Origin: Macrostomum lignano
Lineage: Eukaryota
DNA length: 64,000 bases
Direction: 5' to 3'
Assembly (NCBI GenBank): GCA_002269645.1
Contig: NIVC01001608.1
Location: 124,001 to 188,000, forward strand
A program made the translations under genes and the position numbers. This document shows, piece by piece, positions 38,347 through 52,626 of the stretch; the first letter of the stretch is position 1, and every line of letters begins with the position of its first letter. The notes beneath the pieces are model-generated. The model had not been told where the DNA came from and did no database searches. It was given only the letters and a program-made list of their open reading frames with translations.

Positions 38347-41215
38347 GCACTTCTCCTGCGCATCAGAGATCATCTTCTGCGGCACCGCCGTCACACTCTT
38401 GACGGTGTCGCGAACTCCTTCGGGCAGGAAGGAGGCAAAGTCTTCCTGATCCTCGAGGTCGCGCTCCGCCGCCAGCTCCTCCGGCGTCTTGCGCTTGCGG
38501 CCAAGCCTGCCCGCCACGTCCTCGCCGTCAGGCATCGGATTGAACTCCTCCTTCTTCTGGATGTTGTACTGCGGTTGGAGTTGGGGTTGGAGTTGGGGTT
38601 GGAGTTGGGGTTGGAGTTGGGGTTGGAGTTGGGGTTGGGGTTGGGGTTTGAGTTGGGGTTGGAGTTGGGGTTGGAGTCGGAGTTGGAGTTGAGTTGGAGT
38701 TTGAGTTGGAGTTGGAGTTGGAGTTGGGGTTGGAGTTGGGGTTGGAGTTGGGGTTGGAGTTGGGGTTGGGGTTGGGGTTTGAGTTGGGGTTGGAGTTGGG
38801 GTTGGAGTCGGAGTTGGAGTTGAGTTGGAGTTTGAGTTGGAGTTGGAGTTGGAGTTGGGGTTGGAGTTGGGGTTGGAGTTGGGGTTGGAGTTGGGGTTGG
38901 AGTCGGAGTTGGAGTTGAGTTGGAGTTTGAGTTGGAGTTGGAGTTGGAGTTGGGGTTGGAGTTGGGGTTGGAGTTGGGGTTGGGGTTGGGGTTGGGTTTG
39001 GAGTCGGGGTTGGAGTTGGGGTTGGAGTCGGAGTTGGAGTTGGGTTGGAGTTTGGGTTGAAATTGGGGTTGGAGTCGGGGTTGGAGTTAGAGCTCAGAAT
39101 AAACCGGCTCATAGGCTCAACTATCCGAGACATACTTTCCAATCTTTCCCAATCACATTTCAGGGCGCCTTCACACCCATTTTTATTAGAGGCAGGTGGC
39201 TGTGTGCCCTGGCGCACTTTAAGCGACACTGTCGCGCAACCGGCGAGAGGCATTGCTGCATGCCCATTCCGCCGACTCCCCTGAGCAGGCACACAAGCGT
39301 GCGGATACGTACGCAGTCATACGCACAGGCACACACTCACACAGGAGTGCACAGCGGCCCTAACTTTATTTATCGTTAGGCATGTACACTTCACTGTGCC
39401 TTGGGGGTTGGCCCTGAAGGGCGTTAATTGCACGAGCAGAGCCAAGCCGAGATTCCAATTTAGCCACAAACTAATGCGATGCGATTGCACTTGGAATCGA
39501 GCCTGGGCCGCTGGCGCATCAGAGCGCCGCGCTGGACCACTGGGCTACGGCCCCCCTTTCACACCCTTTGGATTTCAGCTTTTTGTGAGAAATTTGCCGA
39601 GTGGTTCGGATATTCCATCATAGTTCATATCTCGGCCGCCCATCTCCCGAAATTCATCTTTAAAGCAGTGAGCTGGCTCGCTGCCCTGCTCAATAGGAAA
39701 TTAATTGCTTTTGCATTGAAAATCGGCTTTTTCTCGACCCCCTCACAGTGGAGAGTGTACATGCGGAGAGTGTACATGCGGAGAGTGTACATGCGGAGAG
39801 TGTACATGCGGAGAGTGTACATGCGGAGAGTGTACATGCGGAGAGTGTACATGCGGAGAGTGTACATGCGGAGAGTGTACATGCGGAGAGTGTACATGCG
39901 GAGAGTGTACATGCGGAGAGTGTACATGCGGAGAGTGTACATGCGGAGAGTGTACATGCGGAGAGTGTACATGCGGAGAGTGTACATGCGGAGAGTGTAC
40001 ATGCGGAGAGTGTACATGCGGAGAGTGTACATGCGGAGAGTGTACATGCGGAGAGTGTACATGCGGAGAGTGTACATGCGGAGAGTGTACATGCGGAGAG
40101 TGTACATGCGGAGAGTGTACATGCGGAGAGTGTACATGCGGAGAGTGTACATGCGGAGAGTGTACATGCGGAGAGTGTACATGCGGAGAGTGTACATGCG
40201 GAGAGTGTACATGCGGAGAGTGTACATGCGGAGAGTGTACATGCGGAGAGTGTACATGCGGAGAGTGTACATGCGGAGAGTGTACATGCGGAGAGTGTAC
40301 ATGCGGAGAGTGTACATGCGGAGAGTGTACATGCGGAGAGTGTACATGCGGAGAGTGTACATGCGGAGAGTGTACATGCGGAGAGTGTACATGCGGAGAG
40401 TGTACATGCGGAGAGTGTACATGCGGAGAGTGTACATGCGGAGAGTGTACATGCGGAGAGTGTACATGCCTGACGATTAGAAAGTCAGGGCCCCTGTGCA
40501 CTTTGAGTGAGCGTGCGTGCTCATGGATCATCAGCGGGATGGGCCTGACTGCTTGCCTCCTTGCTGTTTGGGGGCGGACTGTCACCTGTGAGTTGTGGGA
40601 AATTTACCAACTAAACTTGAAGAGCCCGCATTTTAGTATCAAGTACCTGGTACCGCATCTCCTCCCGCTCAGCCTCACCTTGTCCCGAATCCCCTGCCGT
40701 ATCTCCTCCCGCTCAGCTTCACCTTGTCCCTAATCCCCTGCCGCATCTCCACCCGCTCAGCCTCACCTTGTCCCGAATCCCCTGCCGCATCTCCTCCCGC
40801 TCAGCCTCCATTTTCCGGTGCTTTTCGTCCCGCTTTCGTTTCTCCTCGGCGAGAGCCTCGGCGATTTCCGCTTGCCTTTCGGCGAGCTTCTCGGCCTCTT
40901 CAGGACTCATCTGCTCCGAGTTGCCCATGGCGCCTGCGGGGACAGCGGGATGGAAGCGGAAGAGGGGATAATTTCCTCCAAGCTTTAAAGCCGAATCTCA
41001 CTGAAATTTATCCTCAGATCGATTATCAACAGCTGAAAATCGGCCTGTTTCAAGGCTTTGCTGCTTACTTTATCTGTTTGAGCGGAATTGCATGGAGAGA
41101 TCTGCCGCAGTCTGCCTCTGTCTGTCTGCCTCTGTCTGTCTGCCTCTGTCTGTCTGTCTGTCTGTCCGTCTGTCTGTCTGTCTGTCTGTCCGTCTGTCTG
41201 TCTGTCTGTCTGTCC

Positions 41216-41265
<50 letters not shown>

Positions 41266-43412
41266 ATGTAATGTCTCTCCGCTCTCTTTATCCTTAGAAT
41301 TTTTGTCTTACTATTTTTCCGGCATAAATTCCCAGGAAAAACATACGGAAATTATCACCTCAAGCCCTATCAACCCGCTCTGCTCAGGAGTTTAATAAAT
41401 GAGTTAGATAATGAAACAGCCAAATCCAGCCGGTAACTCAGCCAGTCGCTATCCCCCCCCCCATCCTGTTTGTGACTTGCGCGCCGGGGTCCGCCTGAGA
41501 CGGCTGGGCTTTTCTCTCCAGTCGGATTTGACACGAGAAACCACGAGGCTTAACAACCAAAAAATGGGATTAACCCGCGCACCGCCGCTCCGTTCTCGGC
41601 CATTTAGCGCCGAGCAAAATCCCCCTTGGGGGAAACGCGGCCTGACCCCCATTTACTACCTCGGTTTTCTCCTTTGCCTCTCGCTTTTCGCTCGTTTCCT
41701 GATTCACTCCTTTTACTTCCGCTATTCGCATTAGAGAGACATGTCGCCACCCGCCTGGTCTCACCAACACTGTCTGCCTCTCACTGTCTGCCTCTCACTG
41801 TCTGCCTCTCACTGTCTGCCTCTCACTGTCTGCCTCTCACTGTCTGCCTCTCTCACTGTCTGCCTCTCACTGTCTGCCTCTCTCACTGTCTGCCTCTCAC
41901 TGTCTGCCTCTCACTGTCTGCCTCTCTCACTGTCTGCCTCTCACTGTCTGCCTCTCACTGTCTGCCTCTCACTGTCTGCCTCTCACTGTCTGCCTCTCTC
42001 ACTGTCTGCCTCTCACTGTCTGCCTCTCACTGTCTGCCTCTCACTGTCTGCCTCTCTCACTGTCTGCCTCTCACTGTCTGCCTCTCTCACTGTCTGCCTC
42101 TCACTGTCTGCCTCTCACTGTCTGCCTCTCTCACTGTCTGCCTCTCACTGTCTGCCTCTCACTGTCTGCCTCTCACTGTCTGCCTCTCTCACTGTCTGCC
42201 TCTCACTGTCTGCCTCTCTCACTGTCTGCCTCTCACTGTCTGCCTCTCACTGTCTGCCTCTCACTGTCTGCCTCTCACTGTCTGCCTCTCTCACTGTCTG
42301 CCTCTCACTGTCTGCCTCTCACTGTCTGCCTCTCACTGTCTGCCTCTCTCACTGTCTGCCTCTCACTGTCTGCCTCTCACTGTCTGCCTCTCTCACTGTC
42401 TGCCTCTCACTGTCTGCCTCTCACTGTCTGCCTCTCTCACTGTCTGCCTCTCACTGTCTGCCTCTCTCACTGTCTGCCTCTCACTGTCTGCCTCTCACTG
42501 TCTGCCTCTCACTGTCTGCCTCTCTCACTGTCTGCCTCTCACTGTCTGCCTCTCACTGTCTGCCTCTCTCACTGTCTGCCTCTCACTGTCTGCCTCTCAC
42601 TGTCTGCCTCTCACTGTCTGCCTCTCACTGTCTGCCTCTCTCACTGACTCACTCTCTCACTCTCTCACTCCCTATCTCCCTCACTCCCTCACTCTCTCAC
42701 TCTCTCACTCCCTATCTCCCTCACTCCCTCACTCCCTCACTCCCTCACTCCCTCACTCTCTCACTCTCTCACTCTCTCACTCTCTCACTCCCTATCTCCC
42801 TCACTCTCTCACTCCTTCACTCTCTCACTCTCTCACTCTCTCACTCACTCACTCTCTCACTCCCTCACTCCCTCACTCTCTCACTCTCTCACTCTCTCAC
42901 TCCCTCACTCCCTCACTCTCTCACTCTCTCACTCTCTCACTCCCTCACTCCCTCACTCCCTCACTCTCTCACTCACTCACTCTCTCACTCCCTCACTCCC
43001 TCACTCTCTCACTCTCTCACTCTCTCAATCTCTCACTCGCTCACTGTCTCACTGTCTCACTGTCTCACTCTCTCACTCACTCACTCTCTCACTGTCTCTC
43101 TATCTCATTCTCTTATTATCTCACTCTCTCCCTCATTCTTCCGTTCACTCTAAATTCCCTGTGCTCAAGCGGCGCACATTAAAGTCATGAGTAGCCTCCT
43201 GTATTTTATCGCGAACTCAGCGCCGCGTGAGCATAAATCAACAAGATTCGCTTACTCATATCTCTAAATTTTTATTCGTTCAAATTTTCAAATTTTCCTT
43301 ATCTTCACAAATATAAATCCTGTTGTTCGTAAAATATAACAAAATTTGCATGCTTACCTTTAACACTGTCCATCTGCTTGCCAACTAGTTGCTTAGCAAT
43401 GAAGCTGGCCAT
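38335..43412 (-). CDS. CPLX: Complexin (synaphin), 3 coding exons, 151 aa, C-terminal CAAX-type motif
   Basis: Exons 43412-43358 ([18 protein letters not shown]), 40933-40767 (GAMGNSEQ...[27 protein letters not shown]) and 38568-38335 (YNIQKKEE...QEKCTIQ*). Phases 1 and 0 fit; hallmark IRDKY and CxxQ end. Confidence 0.93.
38575..39088. repeat. (GGAGTT/GGGGTT)n hexamer satellite in complexin intron 2
   Basis: Directly visible; its C-rich strand forms the pyrimidine tract of the exon-3 acceptor. Confidence 0.96.
39748..40469. repeat. Essentially perfect 15-bp array (GAGAGTGTACATGCG), ~48 copies
   Basis: Directly visible; no variant units noticed. Confidence 0.98.
40653..40806. repeat. 44-bp triplication spanning the complexin exon-2 donor
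   Basis: Unit (minus) GCTGAGCGGGAGGAGATGCGGCAGGGGATTCGGGACAAG|GTGAG is repeated, giving donors at 40767, 40723 and 40679. Confidence 0.92.
41108..43130. repeat. Pyrimidine-rich satellites in complexin intron 1: (GTCT)n 41108-41266, (CTCACTGTCTGCCT)n 41765-42650, (CTCACTCC/CT)n 42650-43130
   Basis: Directly visible. Confidence 0.95.
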
Positions 43413-43794
43413 GAATTGGAGAATCGCTCAAGCGCTTCGGGGATCGAGAAACAGAATGAGGCACCTCAGGCCGCTTGCAAATCTCTGTTGGCTTTTTAAA
43501 TAACGGGGATGAAAATAAGGGGGAGGATGAGGGAGAGCCAATCGCATCGATGCAGACCCCCATGCCCCCCAATGACAAGGATAGAGTTTTATGGCTTCTG
43601 GAATGGTCAGCCAAAAAGAGATTAGGATAGTACTATATGGAGTGAATGGGGACAGTTAAATGCATCTCGGGCACGAGTCTGCAACGTTCTGGATGAAGGG
43701 GTCAGGGTGGAGGTTTATAACATCTGACTTGGCTGAGATAACAGACCGGTTCGGTCCCTCTGGTGTTCACGCTGCAACCCATTGCTGCAGTACC

Positions 43795-44280
43795 CTCTCC
43801 CATCTCCCTTTCCCATCTCCCTCTCCCATCTCCCTCTCCCATCTCCCTCTCCCATCTCCTCTCCCATCTCCCTCTTCCATCTCCCTCTCCCATCTCCTCT
43901 CCCATCTCCCTCTCCCGTCTCCCTCTCCCATCTCCATCTCCCATCTCCCTCTCCCATCTCCCTCTCCTATCTCCCTCTCCCATCTCCCTCTCCCATCTCC
44001 CTCTCCTATCTCCCTCTCCCATCTCCCTCTCCCATCTCCCTCTCCCATCTCCCTCTCCCATCTCCCTCTCCCATCTCCCTCTCCCATCTCCCTCTCCCAT
44101 CTCCCTCTCCCATCTCCCTCTCCCATCTCCCTCTCCCATCTCCCTCTCCCATCTCCCTCTCCCATCTCCCTCTCCCATCCCCCTCTCCCATCCCCCTCTC
44201 CCATCTCCTCTCCCATCTCCTCTCCCATCTCCCTCTCCCATCTCCCTCTCCCCATCTCCCTCTCCCATCTCTCCCTCTAC
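43795..44280. repeat. (CTCCCATCTCC)n-type satellite
   Basis: Directly visible. Confidence 0.95.
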
Positions 44281-44699
44281 ACCTGTTAGGTCAATCTGCT
44301 CCTCCAACATGGCAGCTTTTTTGCTTCCATTAAAAGCAGAAAGAAGCCCCAAAGAAATGACTGCAGCAAAATTTGTCCCGGGGCTGCCCTGATCTCCGAA
44401 TGCCAGCTGCAGCCATGAAGTCAGCCCGGCAGCTGAGCCTGAGGCGATGCTGAGGGGATGCATCATCTCTGAGCTGCCCCCGTGGCCGGATCCCTCGAAG
44501 CAGCGGCTCGGAGCCTGGATATGATGGAGAAGGCGGTTTGGGGTTGACAGCTGCATTGGGAAGTGGAAGCCCGCTTGGGGATCTGTATCTGGGAGGGGGA
44601 GCAGGCCCTGACGACAGACTTGGGAAATAGGGAGATCAGCCGGCATGCGGCCTGACTGGCCGACTCGAAATTCATGCGATATCGATTCCCACGATTACC

Positions 44700-45624
<925 letters not shown>

Positions 45625-46094
45625 AGCACTTCGGTGAAAGCTTAATTATCGGGCAGAACAGAAAGCTCCAATTAAGAGATTAGCTCTTCAATCAGTCCTT
45701 CCGGCCGGTGTGGGTTCTTCCCCACTCGAGCTCAGGAAGGGTTAGAATGATTTTCTCGTGACAAAGGTTGGAGTCAGCGCACCTTTTACAGGAGCGGATC
45801 GCAAGGGTGCTTGAAAATCCCGCGGTAAAAAGAAGCGGTCAGGATAATTCGGGGGGCAATGGGCTGCTCATCCCGGCTGACACGCAAAGTGGACCGCCGC
45901 AGATTTGAGCTGGAAGTAGCTGGCTCACCTGCCTGTCTGCTCAGATGTGCGCCTGATTCTGGCAGACATTCACATCTGCATCCCAGCTGAACTGGCTGGC
46001 GCGTTTGCCGTTCTGGGACCAGTTTTATTCTAATTGGACCCGTCACTGCATCGACGCCTGCCACCGCTTCCAGGCCTGTCTGTCCCTCTAACAC

Positions 46095-47200
46095 TGTCTG
46101 CCCCTGTCACTTCCTGTCTCTCCCTGTCTCTCCCGGTCTCTCCCTGTCTCTCCCTGTCTCTCCCTGTCTCTCCCTGTCTCTCCCTGTCTCTCCCTGTCTC
46201 TCCCTGTCTCTCCCTGTCTCTCCCTATCTCTCCCTGCCTCTCCCTGCCTCTCTCTGCCTCTCCCTGCCTCTCTCTGTTTCTCCCTGTCTCTCCCTGTCTC
46301 TTCCTGTCTCTCTCCCTGTCTCTCCCTGTCTCTCCCTGCCTCTCCCTGCCTCTCCCTGTCTCTCCCTGTCTCTCCCTGTCTCTCTCCCTGTCTCTCCCTG
46401 TCTCTCCCTGTCTCTCTCCCTGTCTCTCCCTGTCTCTCTCCCTGTCTCTCCCTGCCTCTCCCTGTCTCTCCCTGTCTCTCCCTGTCTCTCTCCCTGTCTC
46501 TCCCTGCCTCTCTCTGTTTCTCCCTGTCTCTCCCTGTCTCTCTCCCTGTCTCTCCCTGTCTCTCCCTGTCTCTCCCTGTCTCTCTCCCTGTCTCTCCCTG
46601 TCTCTCCCTGCCTCTCTCTGTCTCTCCCTGTCTCTCCCTGTCTCACCCTGTCTCTCTCCCTGTCTCTCCCTGTCTCTCCCTGTCTCTCTCCCTGTCTCTC
46701 CCTGTCTCTCCCTGCCTCTCTCTGTCTCTCCCTGTCTCTCCCTGTCTCACCCTGTCTCTCTCCCTGTCTCTCTCTGTCTCTCTCTGTCTTTCCCTGTCTC
46801 TCCCTGTCTCTCCCTGCCTCTCTCTGTCTCTCTCTGTCTTTCCCTGTCTCTCCCTGTTTCTCCCTGCCTCTCTCTGTCTCTCTCTGTCTTTCCCTGTCTC
46901 TCCCTGTCTCTCTCCCTGTCTCTCCCTGTCTCTTCCTGTCTCTCTCTCTGTCTCTCCCTGTCTCTCCCTGTCTCTCCCTGTCTCCCCCTGTCTCTCTCCT
47001 CTAACCTACCCTTGTCTCTTTCTCTCCCATAATCTTGCCCTCCCTGATCAATTTCCCTTTTGCATCTCCCTGTCTCTCCCTGTCTCTCCCTGTCTCTCCC
47101 TGCCTCTCCCTGTCTCTCTCCTCTAACCTACCCTTGTCTCTTTCTCTCCCATAATCTTGCCCTCCCTGATCAATTTCCCTTTTGCATCTCCCCGTCTCCG
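46095..47200. repeat. (CTCCCTGTCT)n satellite with a ~75-bp duplicated unique segment at its right end
   Basis: Directly visible. Confidence 0.95.
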
Positions 47201-47664
47201 TCCATACTCTCACCAATCCAATATCCGTCTCATCTGTCTAATCTCTCCGCTCCGTCTCTCGTTGCTATCGCCAGCGCACTCTATTGTAGTATATAGCTTC
47301 TCATAAATCTCGTTAAAGCAACGAAATCCAATGATTTTGTCAGCTTATTGTTGTTGGCTCCAAGCTGTCAGCCAGTGTTCTTCAGCAGCTTCGCTGTTAA
47401 AATTTATTTTTTCATTTCCTCGAAAAGAATTTCTCGTTGTCCTTGCGTGCGTGACGACTGCACCCAGTCACCCGTTCGAGCCGGGCCTCAGCTGGTTCTC
47501 ATGGGCCGCTGTGAATTTCCCGAGAGGCTTTCGTCGACTTCCTAGGCGACTGCTGACTCTTCTTCTAATATCTGAAAATTTAGTTTAGAATTTACCAGGC
47601 AAATATTGATCTTCAGGGGCATCGAACATCGGGATAAAGGCCACATTGTGGGTATTAGGCGGAC

Positions 47665-48186
47665 ATGGACATTGGGCATTAGACAGGCGGGGACATTAAG
47701 CATTAGACAGGCGGGGGCATTGGGCATTAGACAGGCGGGGACATTAAGCATTAGACAGGCGGGGGCATTGGGCATTAGACAGGCGGGGACATTAAGCATT
47801 AGATATAAGGCGGGGACATTGAGCATTAGACAGGCGGGGGCATTGGGCATTAGACAGGCGGGGGCATTAGGCATTAGATATAAGGCGGGGACATTGAGCA
47901 TTAGACAGGCGGGGGCATTGGACATTAGACAGGCGGGGGCATTGAGCATCAGACAGGCGGGGGCATTGGGCATCAGACAGGCGGGGGCATTGGGCATTAG
48001 ACAGGCGGGGGCATTGAGCATCAGACAGGCGGGGGCATTGGGCATCAGACAGGCGGGGCATTGGGCATTAGACAGGCGGGGCATTGGGCATTAGACAGGC
48101 GGGGGCATTGGGCATTAGACAGGCGGGGGCATTGGGCATTAGACAGGCGGGGGCATTGAGCATTAGACAGGCGGGGGCATTGGACA
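47665..48186. repeat. ~24-bp minisatellite (CATTGGGCATTAGACAGGCGGGGG)
   Basis: Directly visible. Confidence 0.94.
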
Positions 48187-48799
48187 TAGTAATCATATTG
48201 TAAAAAACATTCTAGAGCCACTACTTCGAAAGATTTTAGTTCGAATTTTCGCTATCATCTACTATATGTAGTAGTGCCAGTAGTGAATTGTTGGCTAAAT
48301 TATTAAAGATGCTAAAATTATTTTAGAAGCACAGAAACGTACAAAATTTTATAAATATCACGGCAGTACTGGAGGAGAATAAGTTTGCTTTGTAAATTAA
48401 ATTTGGTTCGAAAATCCGATACCCGAATGTAGCAATCGTGTTCGCTGAATCCAATGAAAGCAATCCTTACTTAATATGGCAATCAGATCCTCAGCTGAAT
48501 ATTAAATTTGCCTTTGCCTTCTTATTATCGAATTTCACAGAATTCTGCAAATCTCTCTTAGTGGAATTTTCTCTTCCTGTTTCAAAATTCGGAACATTTT
48601 TTTAATTCGATTCAGAAGCTTGGGTACCAGCTGCCTGATTAGTACGCAGGACCTTGTTCCGTTGGATACACAGCTGCCGTTCTGTGTTTATCATTCCTAA
48701 CGAGCTTTCAGCTTGGCGATTGGGGAGCTTTGCTACCTTGCAGCCTGACCTGCATTCGGCTTCATTGACAGCTGTTTTACAGCAGTGCGAAGCCGATGA

Positions 48800-50075
48800 A
48801 CCGGGGTTACTTGATATCCCAACAGGTGAACCGGGGTTACTTGATATCCCAACAGGTGAACCGGGGTTACTTGATATCCCAACAGGTGAACCGGGGTTAC
48901 TTGATATCCCAACAGGTGAACCGGGGTTACTTGATATCCCAACAGGTGAGCCGAGGTTACTTGATATCCCAACAGGTGAACCGGGGTTATAATCAAATAT
49001 CCGAACAGGTAAACCTGTGTTATTATCCAATATTCTCACAGTTGAACCGGTGTTATCATATAATATTCTCACAGGTAAAACGGTGTTATCATATAATATT
49101 CTCACAGGTGAACCGGTGTTATCATATAATATTCTCACAGGTAAACCGGTGTTCTTTTCCATTATTCTCACAGGTAAACCGGTGTTATCATCCATTATTC
49201 TCACAGATAAACCGGTGTTATCATTAAATATTCTCACAGGTAAACCGGTGTTATCATTAAATATTCTCACAGGTAAACCGGTGTTCTTTTCTATTATTCT
49301 CACAGGTAAACCGGTGTTATCATTAAATATTCTCACAGATAAACCGGTGCTATCATCCAATATTCTTACAGGTAAACCGGTGCTATCATCCAATATTCTC
49401 ACAGGTAAACCGGTGCTATCATCCATTATTCTCACAGATAAACCGGTGCTATCATCCAATATTCTCACAGGTAAACCGGTGTTATCATCCAATATTCTCA
49501 CAGGTAAACCGGTGTTATCATCCAATATTCTCACAGATAAACCGGTGCTATCATCCAATATTCTCACAGGTAAACCGGTGCTATCATCCAATATTCTCAC
49601 AGGTAAACCGGTGTTATCATCCAATATTCTCACAGGTAAACCGGTGTTATCATCCTATATTCTCACAGGTAAACCGGTGCTATCATCCAATATTCTCACA
49701 GGTAAACCGGTGTTATCATCCAATATTCTCACAGGTAAACCGGTGTTATCATCCAATATTCTCACAGGTAAACCGGTGTTGTCATCCAATATTCTCACAG
49801 ATAAACCGGTGCTATCATCCAATATTCTCACAGGTAAACCGGTGCTATCATCCAATATTCTCACAGGTAAACCGGTGTTATCATCCAATATTCTCACAGG
49901 TAAACCGGTGTTATCATCCTATATTCTCACAGGTAAACCGGTGCTATCATCCAATATTCTCACAGGTAAACCGGTGTTATCATCCAATATTCTCACAGGT
50001 AAACCGGTGTTATCATCCAATATTCTCACAGGTAAACCGGTGTTATCATCCAATATTCTCATATTTAAACAGGTG
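48800..50075. repeat. 30-33-bp minisatellite (ACAGGTAAACCGGTGTTATCATCCAATATTCTC)
   Basis: Directly visible; two unit subtypes. Confidence 0.95.
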
Positions 50076-50289
50076 TTATCATTCAATATCGCCACCGTAC
50101 AGAGAGTATATTTTTAAAAGGATAAAGAGACCTGACATTCTAAAAAAATTAAAATATTAATATCCATATTGACTGACTCCTCAGTTTTATTTCGAATTTT
50201 TACTTCAATAGGTACTCTCTGCAGGTTCAATGATTTCATTAAGTCGTCTGGAATCTGCTAATCAAGGTGAAAGCTTTTATCTTGCTGCT

Positions 50290-51100
50290 CTACCAGTCCG
50301 TCACGAACCGCTTTTTGGCTGCTGGGTACTGGCGCTCCATCATTAGCTGATCCAGTACGAAGTCCTCCCAGGTCATGGGACCGATGCTCGGCGACTGCCT
50401 GCTAGGTTGAGCACAAGTTGAGTATAGGTTGAGTATAGGTTGAGCATAGGTTGAGCACAAGTTGAGCATAGGTTGAGCATAGGTTGAGTGTAGGTTGAGT
50501 ATAGATTGAGTACAGGTTGGGCATAGGTTGAACACAGGTTGAGTGTAAGTTGAGCATAGGTTGAGTATAGGTTGAGCACAGGTTGAGCACAGGTTGAGCA
50601 TAGGTTTAGCATAGGTTTAGCATAGGTTGAGCACAGTTTAAGCATAGGTTGAGCATGAGTATGCTGAGTATAGGTTGAGCACAGGTTGAGCATAGGTTGA
50701 GCACAGGTTGAGTGTAGGTTGAGCATAGATTGAGTACAAGTTGGGCACAGGTTGAGCACAGGTTGGGCATAGGCATGAAATGTAACTAGACAATTCGCAG
50801 ACCAGCAATACCTGTACCAATGGTGTCCATCTGCCTGTCTCCCAAGGTGAGGTTCCTCATCTGTAAGCCAAACGATCAATATAAAAGGGTACATGAAACG
50901 AAAGAAATTATGACTGCAGCTGCGGCTTACCATTCGTATTGTAACTTGTCTCAGACAATACTTCTGAAATAGATACAAATAGTTTTATTAAGAAAAACTT
51001 AATTAGTGCATTAATTAGCGACTATAATTAGAAAATGCTCACCTAGCAGGCAGCAGGACACGGTCAGGAGAGCAATTAACGTTAGTGACGCAGAATGCAT
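50290..51100 (-). CDS. Four-exon 82-aa secreted prepropeptide of unknown family (putative neuropeptide/hormone precursor)
   Basis: Exons 51100-51043, 50963-50931, 50860-50812, 50398-50290, all GT..AG with phases 1,1,2 consistent (249 nt). Protein: MHSASLTLIALLTVSCCLLEVLSETSYNTNDEEPHLGRQADGHHWYRQSPSIGPMTWEDFVLDQLMMERQYPAAKKRFVTDW*. Hydrophobic signal peptide and a KKR site. Confidence 0.7.
50405..50772. repeat. ~11-bp minisatellite (AGGTTGAGCAT) in the last intron of the prepropeptide gene
   Basis: Directly visible. Confidence 0.93.
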
Positions 51101-51940
51101 TGTGCGACGCCTAACAGTTGATAGTCTTAATAGTTTTTTTCTATGCTTTACAAAAAAGCTGAGAGCGCCGCCGCTGCAATGATCCCCCAGAAATTGGGAT
51201 TATTTTAAATTGAATTTCCTTCACATTGCTCAGGTTTGAGCGCCTGCCATTGGCTGTCGGAATTGGTCATTAGAGACACTGTTGGCTGCGGCAAGCACCT
51301 GCCAGCACACTGCAGGCAACCCATGCCCGAAGTCTTTCTCGTGGGCGGTGTAGTAATGGGCTCAAGGCCCAGTAGAATTTGCTGAATAAGAAGTTAGCCA
51401 CAACTTGGGCACAACCCCCAAGGCGCAGAGATTGTACATGCCGGATGATTTGAAAGTCAGGGCCGCTGTACACTCTGATACATTCTCGGCGTTGTCAAGC
51501 AGGCCGGTCTCGACCACCTGCTCGACCACGAACAAATTTAGATGACAAAAAACTGCTGTAATCTGGACGCGGTCCCCAGAAAACCTAGAAAAGTAAAAAC
51601 TATAGAAAAAGCAGTCAGAAACTGTTGCTGCCACTAGCAGTAGTGTGCTTCTGATGCTGTTCCAAGTGCGTTAAAAATCGAACAAAAGTCAACAAGAATC
51701 GCAAAATGTTTTTTTTTCTGCCTACAAAGCTGATTAGCATTGTCTAATGATGGCAATTCATTAGAGAAATTTGACTGAAAAGACGAATGAGTCTGATTGA
51801 CAAATCCGATTGAAAGCTGCATCTCATCGCAAACTTTGAACTTAAATTTTTAAGCTGACAGGTCTAAACTCACTTGACTTGATTAGAGTTTTTCCAGAGG
51901 CTTAAGAAAGCTAGAATGTGAATTTTTCTTTATTAAAACG

Positions 51941-52626
<686 letters not shown>

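Noticed and set aside
35440-39760. Six-base palindromes (AAGCTT, ACCGGT, TGTACA; also AGATCT, ACTAGT elsewhere) in many repeat units
   Set aside because: A 15-35-bp unit contains a 6-bp palindrome fairly often by chance; the observed fraction is not clearly in excess.
48602-48800. Non-repetitive tail of the 343-aa minus ORF (CCKTAVNEAECRSGCK...)
   Set aside because: No start, splice context or family motif; the ORF is otherwise satellite-derived.
51362-51590. Possible exon after TTTTCTAG (FSGDRVQITAVF...)
   Set aside because: No partner exon or recognisable domain; may be UTR or intergenic sequence of the prepropeptide gene.
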